Assembly (NCBI GenBank): GCA_044375625.1
Contig: JBILMH010000005.1
Location: 1 to 60,855 of the forward strand
Reading direction: 5' to 3'
DNA length: 60,855 nt
Source: Alphaproteobacteria bacterium
Lineage (GTDB): Bacteria > Pseudomonadota > Alphaproteobacteria > CAISOG01
The notes below the pieces were generated by a model, which was given only the letters and a program-made list of their open reading frames with translations, was not told where the DNA came from and ran no database searches. This document shows positions 36,455-46,711 of this stretch, piece by piece; within the stretch, counting starts at the first letter, position 1; the number at the start of each line of letters is the position of its first letter. The position numbers were made by a program, and so were the translations under genes.

Positions 36455-37012
36455 TTAGGCCGCCTGCTCAGGGTTGTCCGCCTCAACCTCGGCTGGCGAT
36501 TCCACTGCCGCTGCTGCTGCTGCCTTGGTTTTGGCCGCTGGCGGGTTGCGCAAGGCCTCCGCCTGTTCCGCAGAGCTGGCCACCACCAGGGTAATGGTGC
36601 GCGCCACATCGGGGTGCAACCGCACGGTCACCTCATAGATGCCAACCAATTTGATCGGCTTGGTCAGCTCAATTTGCTCAACATTCAGGGCAAAGGCATG
36701 CTCCGCCAGGGTTTTTTGAATGTCGCGCTTGGAAACAGAGCCAAACAGGGCGCCGCTGTCGGCGGCCTGACGCAACATGGTGCAAACCAACCCTTCCAAT
36801 TTCTTGGCGGCGGTTTCGGCATCCTGACGCTGCTGATCCGCTACGGCGGCCAGTTGTTGCTTTTGCGATTCATACAATTTTTTGTTGGCTTCGGAAACGC
36901 GCAACGCCAATTTTTTCGGCAACAAAAAGTTGCGGGCAAAGCCAGGCTTAACCGATACAATTTCGCCCATCTGCCCCAATTTGGCGATACGGCTTAACAG
37001 AATAACTTCCAT
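36455..37012 (-). CDS. rplI: 50S ribosomal protein L9
   Basis: MEVILL..I.KLG..G..V.VKPGFARNFLLP, LFGSV, LHPDV. Confidence 0.97.
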   Translation of the reverse strand: MEVILLSRIAKLGQMGEIVSVKPGFARNFLLPKKLALRVSEANKKLYESQKQQLAAVADQQRQDAETAAKKLEGLVCTMLRQAADSGALFGSVSKRDIQKTLAEHAFALNVEQIELTKPIKLVGIYEVTVRLHPDVARTITLVVASSAEQAEALRNPPAAKTKAAAAAAVESPAEVEADNPEQAA

Positions 37013-37306
37013 AATATAACTCCATGCTAGCGGGCTGATAGTTGTCGCAAGTTTTTATCCATTTGGCAACTGTTGATTGCGGGTGATACGGTTTTTTTGT
37101 TGCCCCCACCATTTTTTGCCGTGAATAGCAGGGTATCAGGACGGGTATGGGTTGGATATGGGGCGGATATAGGGCAGATATGGTGTCTGGCTTGCCGAGC
37201 TTTAGGCGGGCTTACCCCCCCCTACATCCCCTTTGCTTTTGGCCAAAATTGGCGCATTCTGGTATCATCGCAACAACATTGTTCGACCAACAGTTTTGGA
37301 TCCGCT

Positions 37307-37966
37307 ATGGCCAGCCCGCACGATTCCTCTCATCCCCATACTCATCCCCATACTCATCCCCATGCCCATCACGGGGATCATCACGGGGATCATCATGGCG
37401 CGCATGGCGCCGATACGCCGACGGCGCTTATGGACGGCCTGTTGGCGATACTGGCGCAGCAGGGGTGGCGATGCTATCCCACCGCCAGCTTGGCCAGCGC
37501 CCTTGGCATTGCCGAGCCACAGCTGCAGGCCTGTTTCCCCAGCCCTGGGTCGGTCATCACCGCCCTGAACCGCCATTTGAACCAAGCCATGTTGGATGGC
37601 TATGCGGTCGTGGTGGGGGAATCGGTGCGGGATCGCCTGTTCGACCTGATTATGCGGCGGTTTGATGCCATGCTGCCCTATCGCCCCGCCCTGGTGCGCC
37701 TGACCCGTGATTGGTGGTGCCACCCGTTGCTGAAAGCCAGCGTGCTGGAAACCACTAAGGGCACCATCGCCCTGATGTTGCGCCAGGCGGGCGGGCCCAC
37801 CCATGGCTGGCAAAAAAGCTTAGCTGAGGCGGGATTGACCCTGTTGTACGCCGATACCATGCGGATCTGGCTGAAGGATGACAGCAGCGATCAGGGGCAA
37901 ACCATGGCGCGGCTGGAACGCAATTTGGAACGCGCCGATGGTTGGGCGCATAAGCTGTTGGGCTGA
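37307..37966 (+). CDS. TetR-like regulator with His-rich N-terminal repeats
   Basis: HTH-like region, RDRLFDLIMRRFDAM, W..D.S.D...TMA.L; start chosen at ATG 37307. Confidence 0.72.
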   Translation: MASPHDSSHPHTHPHTHPHAHHGDHHGDHHGAHGADTPTALMDGLLAILAQQGWRCYPTASLASALGIAEPQLQACFPSPGSVITALNRHLNQAMLDGYAVVVGESVRDRLFDLIMRRFDAMLPYRPALVRLTRDWWCHPLLKASVLETTKGTIALMLRQAGGPTHGWQKSLAEAGLTLLYADTMRIWLKDDSSDQGQTMARLERNLERADGWAHKLLG

Positions 37967-37971
37967 CCCGC

Positions 37972-39462
37972 ATGCTGAAAAAATCCTATGTCTGCCAATC
38001 CTGCGGCGCCTGCACCACCAAATGGGCGGGGCGGTGTGAGGAATGTGGCGCGTGGAACAGCCTGACTGAGGAAAGCGTGGTATCGCTGCCCATCAGCAGT
38101 CGGGCGGCGGCCATGCCCGCCAAGGCTGGCAGTGGTAAGATTCGCGGCGGCCAGGCCATGCCCCTGCACAGCGTGGCGTTAAGCGATAGTGAAGAGGCGG
38201 AGAGTCGGGTGCCGACCAGCATGGCGGAGGTGGATCGGGTTTGCGGCGGCGGGCTGGTACGGGGCAGCGCGGTGTTGATCAGCGGCGATCCGGGTATCGG
38301 CAAATCCACCCTGCTGCTGCAACTGGCCAGCCAGCTTTCGCCCATACTGGCCAGCGTTTATGTGTCGGGGGAGGAGTCGGTGCGGCAAATCCGCCTGCGC
38401 GCCAACCGATTGGGCTTGGGGCAAGTGCCGTTGCAGCTGGCGGCGGAAACCCATCTGCCCACCATTTTGGGCTTGTTTGCCTCCAAAACCCCGCCGCAAC
38501 TGGTGATCATCGATTCGATCCAGACCCTGTATCATGACGAAATCAGCGGCGCACCCGGCACCGTCTCGCAGGTGCGTGCCTGCGCCCATGAGCTGATCGT
38601 ACAGGCTAAGCAGCATAACTGCACCCTGCTGATCGTCAGCCATGTGACCAAGGAGGGGTTGATTGCCGGCCCCCGCGTGTTGGAACATATGGTGGATACC
38701 GTGTTGTATCTGGAGGGGGAACGCAGCCATCAGTACCGCATCCTGCGCGCCTTTAAGAACCGCTTTGGTGCCAGCGATGAAATCGGGGTGTTTGAAATGG
38801 GGGAGGCTGGCTTGGCGGAGGTGCCCAACCCATCCGCCCTGTTCCTGAACCAACATGCCGAAGCCGTCAGCGGCAGCGCGGTGTTTTGCGCGTTGGAGGG
38901 CACGCGCCCACTGTTGGTGGAGATTCAGGCACTAACCGCGCCCGCCAATTGGGGGGGCACCCCGCGCCGCAACGTGGTGGGTTGGGACAGCAGCCGTCTG
39001 GCCATGTTGCTGGCCATCCTGGAAACCCGTACCGGCTTTCGCTTTAGCGATCAGGAAGTGTATCTGAACGTGGCGGGCGGCATTCGGATTCAGGAACCAG
39101 CCGCCGATCTGGCGGTGGCGGCCGCCCTTATCTCCGCCCTGACCGGACAACCGCTGCCAACTGGGGCGGTGTTCTGCGGCGAAATTGGCCTAGCGGGGGA
39201 GGTGCGGCCAGTTAGCCAGCTGAGCCAACGGATGAAAGAAGCGCAAAAGCTGGGCTTTTTGCGGGCGATTGCTCCCAAATCTACCCCACTGGCGGGAACG
39301 GCCAACCATTCGACCAAGCCAACTGGGGCGGGGGCAGCGGCCAAGGCGGGCAATGCAACAGCGCCCACAGGTCAGGCTTTTGCGATGCAGGTTGATGAGA
39401 TCTCTTCCATCCGCCAGCTGCATCGGGTAATACAGACTCAACCCTCCAAGCTTGCCTCCTAA
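37972..39462 (+). CDS. radA: DNA repair protein RadA/Sms
   Basis: C4 zinc finger, GDPGIGKST, KNRFG, EGTRP, GEIGLAGEVR. Confidence 0.98.
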   Translation: MLKKSYVCQSCGACTTKWAGRCEECGAWNSLTEESVVSLPISSRAAAMPAKAGSGKIRGGQAMPLHSVALSDSEEAESRVPTSMAEVDRVCGGGLVRGSAVLISGDPGIGKSTLLLQLASQLSPILASVYVSGEESVRQIRLRANRLGLGQVPLQLAAETHLPTILGLFASKTPPQLVIIDSIQTLYHDEISGAPGTVSQVRACAHELIVQAKQHNCTLLIVSHVTKEGLIAGPRVLEHMVDTVLYLEGERSHQYRILRAFKNRFGASDEIGVFEMGEAGLAEVPNPSALFLNQHAEAVSGSAVFCALEGTRPLLVEIQALTAPANWGGTPRRNVVGWDSSRLAMLLAILETRTGFRFSDQEVYLNVAGGIRIQEPAADLAVAAALISALTGQPLPTGAVFCGEIGLAGEVRPVSQLSQRMKEAQKLGFLRAIAPKSTPLAGTANHSTKPTGAGAAAKAGNATAPTGQAFAMQVDEISSIRQLHRVIQTQPSKLAS

Positions 39463-40272
39463 ATGCCCATGTTGACCGTTGCAGACATTGCCATGATAGC
39501 CCTGATCGGTTTGTCCGGTCTTTTTGCCTTTGTGCGCGGCTTTGTGCGCGAACTGTTTGGGGTGGGCAGCTGGATCGGCGCGGCGGTTATCACCTTTTTC
39601 GGATACCCCTTTAGCACCCAATTGGGGCGTGAGCTGATCGAAAATCGTCTGTTTGCTGAGGTGGCGGGCATTGCCGGCCTATTTGTGGTCAGCCTGGTAA
39701 CCTTTTCCCTGATTGCCCATGTGGTGTCGGATCAGGTGCGCGACAGCATCTTTAGTGGGGTGGATCGCGCGCTGGGTCTGGCCTTTGGGCTGATTCGCGG
39801 CCTGTTCGTGGTGGCGGTGGTGCTGCTGGGCATTCATAACTTTGTGGCTGAGGAAAAATTGCCAGACTGGTACAAAGAATCGTCCCTGGCGCCGATTATC
39901 CTGAAATACAGCGAGCAGGGGTTGCATGAGGCCACCAAAACCTATGGCCTAGGGGGTGATGGCGCCACCAAGCAACAAGATGGTGGGAAACAAGATGGTG
40001 CGAAACAAGATGGCCAGCAACAGGATGGCAACAAAGACGGGGCAACCTCCGCCCCCCCTCATAACGGCCAGCATGGGGGTGCCGCGCCCACGCCCGCACC
40101 AACGCCGTCCAATCCCGCCCCTAATGCTCCAGAGAGCGGCCATAATTCCCCTGCCGCGCCTGCTCCCACGCCTGCACCCGCACCCGCACCCGCAGCTACC
40201 CCTAGCGCAAAGCCTGGCTACGGTATAGAAGAACGTAAGCGGCTGGATGACTTGTTTACCAAAAAGCCCTAA
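39463..40272 (+). CDS. cvpA: CvpA family membrane protein with long low-complexity tail
   Basis: RGFVRE, DRALGLAFGLIRG; lies between radA and purF. Confidence 0.9.
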   Translation: MPMLTVADIAMIALIGLSGLFAFVRGFVRELFGVGSWIGAAVITFFGYPFSTQLGRELIENRLFAEVAGIAGLFVVSLVTFSLIAHVVSDQVRDSIFSGVDRALGLAFGLIRGLFVVAVVLLGIHNFVAEEKLPDWYKESSLAPIILKYSEQGLHEATKTYGLGGDGATKQQDGGKQDGAKQDGQQQDGNKDGATSAPPHNGQHGGAAPTPAPTPSNPAPNAPESGHNSPAAPAPTPAPAPAPAATPSAKPGYGIEERKRLDDLFTKKP

Positions 40273-40336
40273 CCTGTTGTGCTGGTTGAGAATTGCTCAG
40301 CCTATCGTTTTGCCCCATTATGCCTAAGGGAAAAGT

Positions 40337-41773
40337 TTGATCGTGCCTTTTGATAAATTCAACGATGAATGTGGCGTTTTTGGCATCTATGCCCACCCCG
40401 ACGCCAGTGCCCATGCCGCCCTTGGGCTGCACGCCCTGCAACACCGTGGGCAGGAGGCGGCTGGGATCGTTTCCTATGATGGCCAGCGGTTCTACGTTCA
40501 CCGCGGCCTGGGTCATGTCGCCGACAATTTTAGCAATGACGCCACCATCAAAAAGCTGGTGGGCAACACCGCCATTGGCCATGTGCGCTATGCTACCAGT
40601 GGCGATACCAGCCTGCGCAATGTTCAGCCGATTTTTGCCGACCTGGCTAAGGGGGGGTTCGCCCTGTGCCATAACGGCAATTTGACCAACGCCATCAGCC
40701 TGCGTCAGGAATTGGTGCAGGGTGGGGCGATTTTCCAAAGCACCTCCGATACCGAGGTGATTATCCACCTGATGGCGGCAGCGAAAAAACGTAACCCGGT
40801 GGACGACCTGATCACCGCGTTGCAGCAGGTGCAGGGTGCCTATTCGCTGGTAGCGCTGGCGCGTGACCAGCTGATTGGGGTGCGTGACCCCTGGGGGGTG
40901 CGTCCTCTGGTGCTGGGTCAATTGGATGGCAGCCCCGTGTTGGCCTCGGAAAGCTGCGCCCTCGACATCCTGGGGGCGAAACTGGTGCGGGATGTGGAGC
41001 CGGGGGAGGTGGTGGTTATCAGCCAGAGTGGGGTAAAATCGCTGTTTCCCTTTCGCACCGTGCCCAAACGCTTTTGCATCTTTGAGTACATCTATTTCGC
41101 CCGCCCCGACAGCCAGATGGAGGGAACCAGCGTCTATCTTGGCCGCAAGGGAATAGGCGCCGAATTGGCGCGGGAACATCCGGTTGAGGCCGATGTGGTG
41201 GTTCCCGTGCCCGATTCGGGCGTGGCATCGGCGCTGGGCTATGCGGAGGCGGCGGGTTTACCCTTTGAAATGGGGATTATCCGCAACCACTATATCGGCC
41301 GTACTTTTATTGAACCGACGGCTCAAATTCGTGACCTGGGCGTGAAGCTGAAACACAACGCCAATCGGGGGGTGTTGGCGGGTAAGCGGGTGGTGTTGGT
41401 GGATGACAGCATCGTGCGCGGCACCACCAGCACCAAAATCGTTTCCCTGGTACGCAACGCTGGCGCGCGGGAGGTGCATTTTCGGGTAGCCAGCCCGCCA
41501 ATCGTTAATTCCTGTTTTTACGGGGTGGATACCCCCGATCGCGATAAGCTGTTGGCCGCCAACATGGATTTGGCGGAAATGGCACGCTACATCGGGGCGG
41601 ACTCGCTGGCCTTTGTTAGTTTGGATGGGCTGTACCGCGCCTTGGGGGAGGCGGGTGGGCGTCACCCTGACCAGCCGCAATATTGTGATGCCTGCCTCAG
41701 CAACGACTACCCGATTCCACGCACCGATTATGAGCAGCAATACTCGCTGCCCGTCAATTCCACCCTGTTTTAG
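40337..41773 (+). CDS. purF: Amidophosphoribosyltransferase
   Basis: ECGVFG, LQHRGQE, HNGNL, FEYIYFARPDS, VDDSIVRGTT. Confidence 0.98.
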   Translation: MIVPFDKFNDECGVFGIYAHPDASAHAALGLHALQHRGQEAAGIVSYDGQRFYVHRGLGHVADNFSNDATIKKLVGNTAIGHVRYATSGDTSLRNVQPIFADLAKGGFALCHNGNLTNAISLRQELVQGGAIFQSTSDTEVIIHLMAAAKKRNPVDDLITALQQVQGAYSLVALARDQLIGVRDPWGVRPLVLGQLDGSPVLASESCALDILGAKLVRDVEPGEVVVISQSGVKSLFPFRTVPKRFCIFEYIYFARPDSQMEGTSVYLGRKGIGAELAREHPVEADVVVPVPDSGVASALGYAEAAGLPFEMGIIRNHYIGRTFIEPTAQIRDLGVKLKHNANRGVLAGKRVVLVDDSIVRGTTSTKIVSLVRNAGAREVHFRVASPPIVNSCFYGVDTPDRDKLLAANMDLAEMARYIGADSLAFVSLDGLYRALGEAGGRHPDQPQYCDACLSNDYPIPRTDYEQQYSLPVNSTLF

Positions 41774-41789
41774 ACCACGCGCACCGCAA

Positions 41790-42359
41790 CTAACGGCCAC
41801 AGCTATGAACGGCTAGAGCGGGAGTGGTGAAAAGGTTGTGGGGTAAGGGCAGGTTGGCTGGCCATGCCTGTGAGCAGGGGGCGACCGCCGTCATGACGGG
41901 GAAAAGGCTGGCCATAACAGGCATCACGCCAAGATCGCTATCATCAGGGGTTATCGCCGCCAACAGCAGAGCCATGCGGTAATCCTCCGCCTGCTGCTGG
42001 GTAGAAAACTGTTGCCGCAGGGGGCCAACCGCACGGGCGGTGACCTGATGGCCGAAATCGCCGTTCAGTTGGGCGCACAGCTGTTGCGCCGCCGCCCTGT
42101 TGGGGCACAAATCCATGAAGGACACCACCTGCAAATCCTCCGTCACCCCATAGCCGCCGTTATCCAGGACGCTAACATCGCCACCATCATCCACCACGAA
42201 ACCGATTGCGTGATCGCCCGACAGCGGACAATCGGGGCGCAAGGTTACCTGGACACCGAATTTTTGCGACGCTACAGTTGCGGCAACAGCCAAATCCGAA
42301 ATTGCCCCCTTAATGAAATCCCGATCGGCGCCTATACCGTTTTCACCAAAAAGACTCAT
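41790..42359 (-). CDS. Hypothetical protein
   Basis: 189-aa ORF with upstream AAGGA and an AT-rich promoter region; no motif recognised. Confidence 0.55.
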   Translation of the reverse strand: MSLFGENGIGADRDFIKGAISDLAVAATVASQKFGVQVTLRPDCPLSGDHAIGFVVDDGGDVSVLDNGGYGVTEDLQVVSFMDLCPNRAAAQQLCAQLNGDFGHQVTARAVGPLRQQFSTQQQAEDYRMALLLAAITPDDSDLGVMPVMASLFPVMTAVAPCSQAWPANLPLPHNLFTTPALAVHSCGR

Positions 42360-42438
42360 GCCCCATATCCTTTTTTATTTAGGCTGTTTGTTACAAATTT
42401 TTTACAACTGATAACCAATAAACTATAAAAGTGTTACC

Positions 42439-43521
42439 ATGCCCTTAACGTCTTCCTGTTTCTGGTCGCTTGGCCTGATGAGTGGCACCTCAGCCGATGG
42501 GGTGGATGCCGCCCTGTTGCTGACCGATGGGGTGCGGGTGGCGGCCTGTGGGGCGCATCTGACCCTGCCCTATCCCGCCGATTTCCGCCAAGCGCTGTTG
42601 GCCAGCTATGGCCAGACCAGTGCGCCAGCCGCCCTGGTGCGGCAATTAACCGATTTTCATCTGCAGGCCTGTCGGCGGCTGTTGGCGGGCTTTGACCAGC
42701 CGGTCGCGCTGATCGGCTTTCACGGCCACACCCTGTGGCATGATCCCGCCAACCGTTGCACGGTGCAGATTGGCGATGCCGCCTGGCTGGCCGCGCAGTT
42801 GCAAATCCCCGTTGTATCGGATTTTCGCCGCGCCGATGTGGCGGCAGGGGGGCAGGGGGCGCCGTTGGTGCCGATTTTTCATCAGGCCTTGGCCGCCGAT
42901 CTGGCCAAACCCTTAGCGGTGGTCAATATCGGCGGGGTGGCCAATATCAGCTATATCCCCAACGATCAGCCTGAGGCGATGATCGCTTTTGACACGGGGC
43001 CCGGCAACGGCCTGATCGACGATTGGATGCAGCAGCAGTTGGGGCAGCCCTTTGACGCGCAGGGGGCGCTGGCGGCGCAGGGCAAGGTGGATGAGGGGGC
43101 GTTGGCGCAGCTGATGGATCATCCCTATTTTGCCACACCGCCGCCCAAATCGCTGGATCGCCGCGCCTTTAGCCTAGCCCCTGTGACGGGACTGTCAGCC
43201 GCCGATGGTGCCGCCACCCTAACCGCCTTTACCGCCGCCACCATCGCCGCCGCCGTCCACCATCTGCCCCTGCCACCAAGGCAATGGATTATCGCGGGAG
43301 GGGGAACCCAAAACCGCACGCTGATGGCCATGTTGGCACAGCGGCTGGGGGATGTGCCCGTCTGCATCGCGGAGGCGGTGGGGTGGTCGGCCGGCGCGCT
43401 GGAGGCGCAAACCTTTGGCTATCTGGCCGCCCGCCATCAACGCGGCCTGCCCATCAGCTTTCCAGGCACGACGGGCGCACCGCAACCGATGACGGGCGGG
43501 GTGCTGTCACAGGTACAATAA
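42439..43521 (+). CDS. anmK: Anhydro-N-acetylmuramic acid kinase
   Basis: GLMSGTSADGVD, GFHGHT, GGQGAPLVP, NIGGVAN, FDTGPGN. Confidence 0.96.
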   Translation: MPLTSSCFWSLGLMSGTSADGVDAALLLTDGVRVAACGAHLTLPYPADFRQALLASYGQTSAPAALVRQLTDFHLQACRRLLAGFDQPVALIGFHGHTLWHDPANRCTVQIGDAAWLAAQLQIPVVSDFRRADVAAGGQGAPLVPIFHQALAADLAKPLAVVNIGGVANISYIPNDQPEAMIAFDTGPGNGLIDDWMQQQLGQPFDAQGALAAQGKVDEGALAQLMDHPYFATPPPKSLDRRAFSLAPVTGLSAADGAATLTAFTAATIAAAVHHLPLPPRQWIIAGGGTQNRTLMAMLAQRLGDVPVCIAEAVGWSAGALEAQTFGYLAARHQRGLPISFPGTTGAPQPMTGGVLSQVQ

Positions 43522-43546
43522 TCGCAAAGGCAGGGCGTTTTTACCC

Positions 43547-43694
43547 TATAGTCGTTTCAATTTAGAAATATCCAGCCTGCGAAAATGTTACGAGGTCGAG
43601 AAACGGAGCGGAGTGTACACAGAAGTACATGAGCACCGTATCGCAGAGATCGTGATATTTGCAGCACTGGAGATTTCTAAAGTGGAATGACTAT
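43547..43694. repeat. RPE/MITE-like palindromic element (148 bp)
   Basis: TATAGTCGTTTCAATTTAGAAAT...ATTTCTAAAGTGGAATGACTAT with internal GTAC hairpin; lies between convergent genes. Confidence 0.88.
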
Positions 43695-44365
43695 TAGCCC
43701 CGTCGCCCGCCAGACTTCGGCTGAATCGGCGCGAAGGAGACGTTGCCGATATAGGCATCCGCCACCGTCATCAGATCGTCCACCTTACCCCCAAACAGGT
43801 GTTTGGCACCCTCAACCGTTTGGAAATCGACATGAACATCGCGTTGGCGTGACAATTTGGCGGCCAGCACTTTGGCGGAATCGGGCGGCACGATTTCATC
43901 CTGATCCCCAATGACAATCAGGCCAGAGGCCGGGCAGGGTGCCAAAAAGCTGAAGTCATACATGTTGGCGGGCGGGGCAACCGCCACAAAGCTGCGAATT
44001 TCTGGCCGCCGCATCAGCAATTGCATGGCAATCCAGGCGCCAAAGGAAAAACCCGCCACAAAACAGTTGACGGAGGAGTTGTTGACCGATTGCAACCAGT
44101 CCAGGGCGGCGGCGGCATCGCTAAGCTCCCCCTCCCCCCGCGCAAATTTCCCCTGGCTGCGCCCAACGCCCCGAAAATTAAAGCGCAAAACCGAATAGCC
44201 ACGATTCACGAACAAATGAAACAGGCCATAGGTCACCTTATTGTTCATGGTGCCGCCATGTTGCGGGTGGGGGTGCAGCACGATGGCCAGCGGCGCCCCC
44301 TCAGGCCCCTGGTGATAGCGACCCTCCAAACGCCCCTCTGGGCCGTTAAACATAATATCAGCCAT
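43694..44365 (-). CDS. Alpha/beta hydrolase
   Basis: GPEGRLEGRY, HPHPQHGGTM, FNFRGVG, GFSFG nucleophile elbow. Confidence 0.92.
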   Translation of the reverse strand: MADIMFNGPEGRLEGRYHQGPEGAPLAIVLHPHPQHGGTMNNKVTYGLFHLFVNRGYSVLRFNFRGVGRSQGKFARGEGELSDAAAALDWLQSVNNSSVNCFVAGFSFGAWIAMQLLMRRPEIRSFVAVAPPANMYDFSFLAPCPASGLIVIGDQDEIVPPDSAKVLAAKLSRQRDVHVDFQTVEGAKHLFGGKVDDLMTVADAYIGNVSFAPIQPKSGGRRG

Positions 44366-44592
44366 TTTATTTCCCTTTTTAATTTTTTCGGCGCAATCCA
44401 GCGCTCTGCGTTCTTTATGTAGCCCCTTTGGCACGAAAAACCAATGACTTTCTGCACGATTTTCTTAACCAACCTTGCGCTTTTTTGGGCAAGGGGGGCT
44501 TATCATTATTTGGGCAATCGCCCAGGGACTGGCCAGCATCCAGATTCGTGCTAAAGTCTTTCTTAGCACTTTTGTTTTAGGATGCTGGGGTT

Positions 44593-45207
44593 ATGGTAAT
44601 GTCTACAGCCAACAGCCTGGGGGCGGTGGTACCCTTTGGCCTTGCGGGCAGCGCGGAGCGGGTGCGGCCGTCGGCGCGGGTTGATGGCGGCCGTTTGTTG
44701 CAGGGCGATAGGCAGGCATGGGATTCCCCCCAGGATGCTTATCAAGACGGCCAGCCGCCCTCAAAAACCGCGGTTTTGACCGCTGTTGGGGACGTGTTGG
44801 AGGATGGGGGGCGCCAAGGCGGCCATTCCCGCCAGGGCTTAGAGTCCGGCAAAACCGCCGATCAACGCTTGCTGAGCTATCACCAGCCGATCGATGCTAC
44901 AGCCGAGGCGCCAACAGCCGTGCGCACGGGGCAGGTGGTGGATTTCCCCAAAACGCCCCAAAGCCGCCCGCCAGATTTTCTAAGCGCGCAACCTGCCACC
45001 TATTCCGCCGCCCAGGCCGCCGCCCATTCCACCACCCAGGCCACTGATACGATGGATTTTGTGCAACCAGCCCTGCTGGCGCAGATGATCAGCCAGAATG
45101 ATCAGTCACCACGGCTGAACATCGAACCCTTTCGCCAAACCGCCAGCCTGTATGCCCGCCAACAAACCCCCACCCCCGCGCTATCCGCGCTGGATATAAG
45201 GATTTAG
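44593..45207 (+). CDS. Hypothetical protein
   Basis: 204-aa low-complexity ORF ending PTPALSALDIRI. Confidence 0.55.
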   Translation: MVMSTANSLGAVVPFGLAGSAERVRPSARVDGGRLLQGDRQAWDSPQDAYQDGQPPSKTAVLTAVGDVLEDGGRQGGHSRQGLESGKTADQRLLSYHQPIDATAEAPTAVRTGQVVDFPKTPQSRPPDFLSAQPATYSAAQAAAHSTTQATDTMDFVQPALLAQMISQNDQSPRLNIEPFRQTASLYARQQTPTPALSALDIRI

Positions 45208-46663
45208 CGGGATCGTTTTATCGTGTTACCAATTCATTCCTGGCGGCAGCTATTCGTTCGCAGGCTATTTCCAGCTCGCTTTTAGGAAGATTGAGCGACC
45301 CACGTAACATGGGTTCTTGGTAATTAAAGGGAGCGCCAAACATCATCGCCACACCAGCTTTTTCAACGAGATGATTGGCAACATCGAGATCTGTTTCAAA
45401 TGTCGTTTTTCCATCTTTGGTGATAAGTTCCGTCCAATCTCCGCATTCGATGCGAACGTAGAAAGTTGACATCGGTGATATAGCATGCAATCCCCTAACC
45501 TGTTGGTTAATCCCGCACACGAAGGCATCGCGGCGATCCTGTAGCTCAGCCATCCAAGCTTCCAAGAAGTCGTGATTACCCCCAAAAGCTGCCTTCATAG
45601 CCCACTGGACTGGTGTACAAATACTTGATGTAGTAATCGATTGATGGTTGGTCATTGCAAAAATTGTTTCTTCAGAGCCAGAGGCAAAGCCCCCACGTAA
45701 TCCAGTCCCAGCATAAACTTTGGATATCCCATTAGCCACCACCACTCTATCTTTTAAATCAGGAGCAACAGTCAGCAGGCTACAAAACTCATGGCCATCG
45801 AACACCAGTTGTTCGTAAATCTCGTCGAGAAAAATCCTAACATGAGTATTTTTGCGCAACACCTTGGCGATTTGAACGAAATCCTCTCTAGTATAAAGAC
45901 TACCCGTCGGATTAGTTGGTGAGTTTATTATTAGCCATTTGGTTTGTTGGGTAATGGCATCCTCTAACTGCTTAGCGATTACGTTATAATTGTTATCTTT
46001 ACTGCAAGGGACAAATTTACATACGCCACCATATTTGGTGATGTTAGGCTTATAGACCCAACAAGGTGCTGGTATTAATACCTCGTCGCCTGGCTCAAGG
46101 GCTACGGCAAACAGGTTTTCAATCACCTGTTTAACACCATTTGATAGCATCACTTCTCTTGGTGAATAGGAAATTTTGTAGTCGCGCTCAAGTTTTGCGC
46201 GTATAACTTCTAGAACCTCTTGTTCCCCTTGGGGATCAGTGTAGCGGGTTCTATTCGCATCAATAGCCTCGTGCATCGCAGCTTTGATATGTGCAGGAAC
46301 TTCAAAGAATGGTGGCTGCAACTCACCCAGCACCATTTCCAATATATCTCTACCTTCGGCTCTTAATGCACTTACCTTTGCAGCGTAATTCAGGGTTGGA
46401 GACCCTTGTTGGTACCGGGGGTTCAAATAATGTACTTGCGTCATGACGTTATCTTCCTTTATCGTAAAAGAAATAATGAAAACGCAACTTAATCAAAAAA
46501 CTTTCCCCATGCCAAGCAAAAAATGCACCCCCCCCAACTATTAGTACAGGGGCATGGCAGGGGTTTGGGGGCGCACCATAGGGTAAGGATGCTGGCCAGC
46601 TGCCGGCGCGCAGCGGCTGTACCCCCCACCCCCGCCCTATCCGCGCTGGATATAAGAATCTAA
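45169..46663. mobile_element. About 1.45-kb insert bounded by 39-bp direct repeats
   Basis: 45169-45207 and 46625-46663 are 35/39 identical and flank an AT-rich gene; no integrase seen. Confidence 0.6.
45218..46444 (-). CDS. Class I/II PLP aminotransferase (AT-rich, divergent AspC-like)
   Basis: INSPTNPTG, DEIY, NGISKVYAGTGLRGG. Confidence 0.9.
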   Translation of the reverse strand: MTQVHYLNPRYQQGSPTLNYAAKVSALRAEGRDILEMVLGELQPPFFEVPAHIKAAMHEAIDANRTRYTDPQGEQEVLEVIRAKLERDYKISYSPREVMLSNGVKQVIENLFAVALEPGDEVLIPAPCWVYKPNITKYGGVCKFVPCSKDNNYNVIAKQLEDAITQQTKWLIINSPTNPTGSLYTREDFVQIAKVLRKNTHVRIFLDEIYEQLVFDGHEFCSLLTVAPDLKDRVVVANGISKVYAGTGLRGGFASGSEETIFAMTNHQSITTSSICTPVQWAMKAAFGGNHDFLEAWMAELQDRRDAFVCGINQQVRGLHAISPMSTFYVRIECGDWTELITKDGKTTFETDLDVANHLVEKAGVAMMFGAPFNYQEPMLRGSLNLPKSELEIACERIAAARNELVTR

Positions 46664-46711
46664 CCAAATTTAAGCGGTTAGGTGGCTGATGAGAGGGGAT
46701 GGAGAAAGGGG

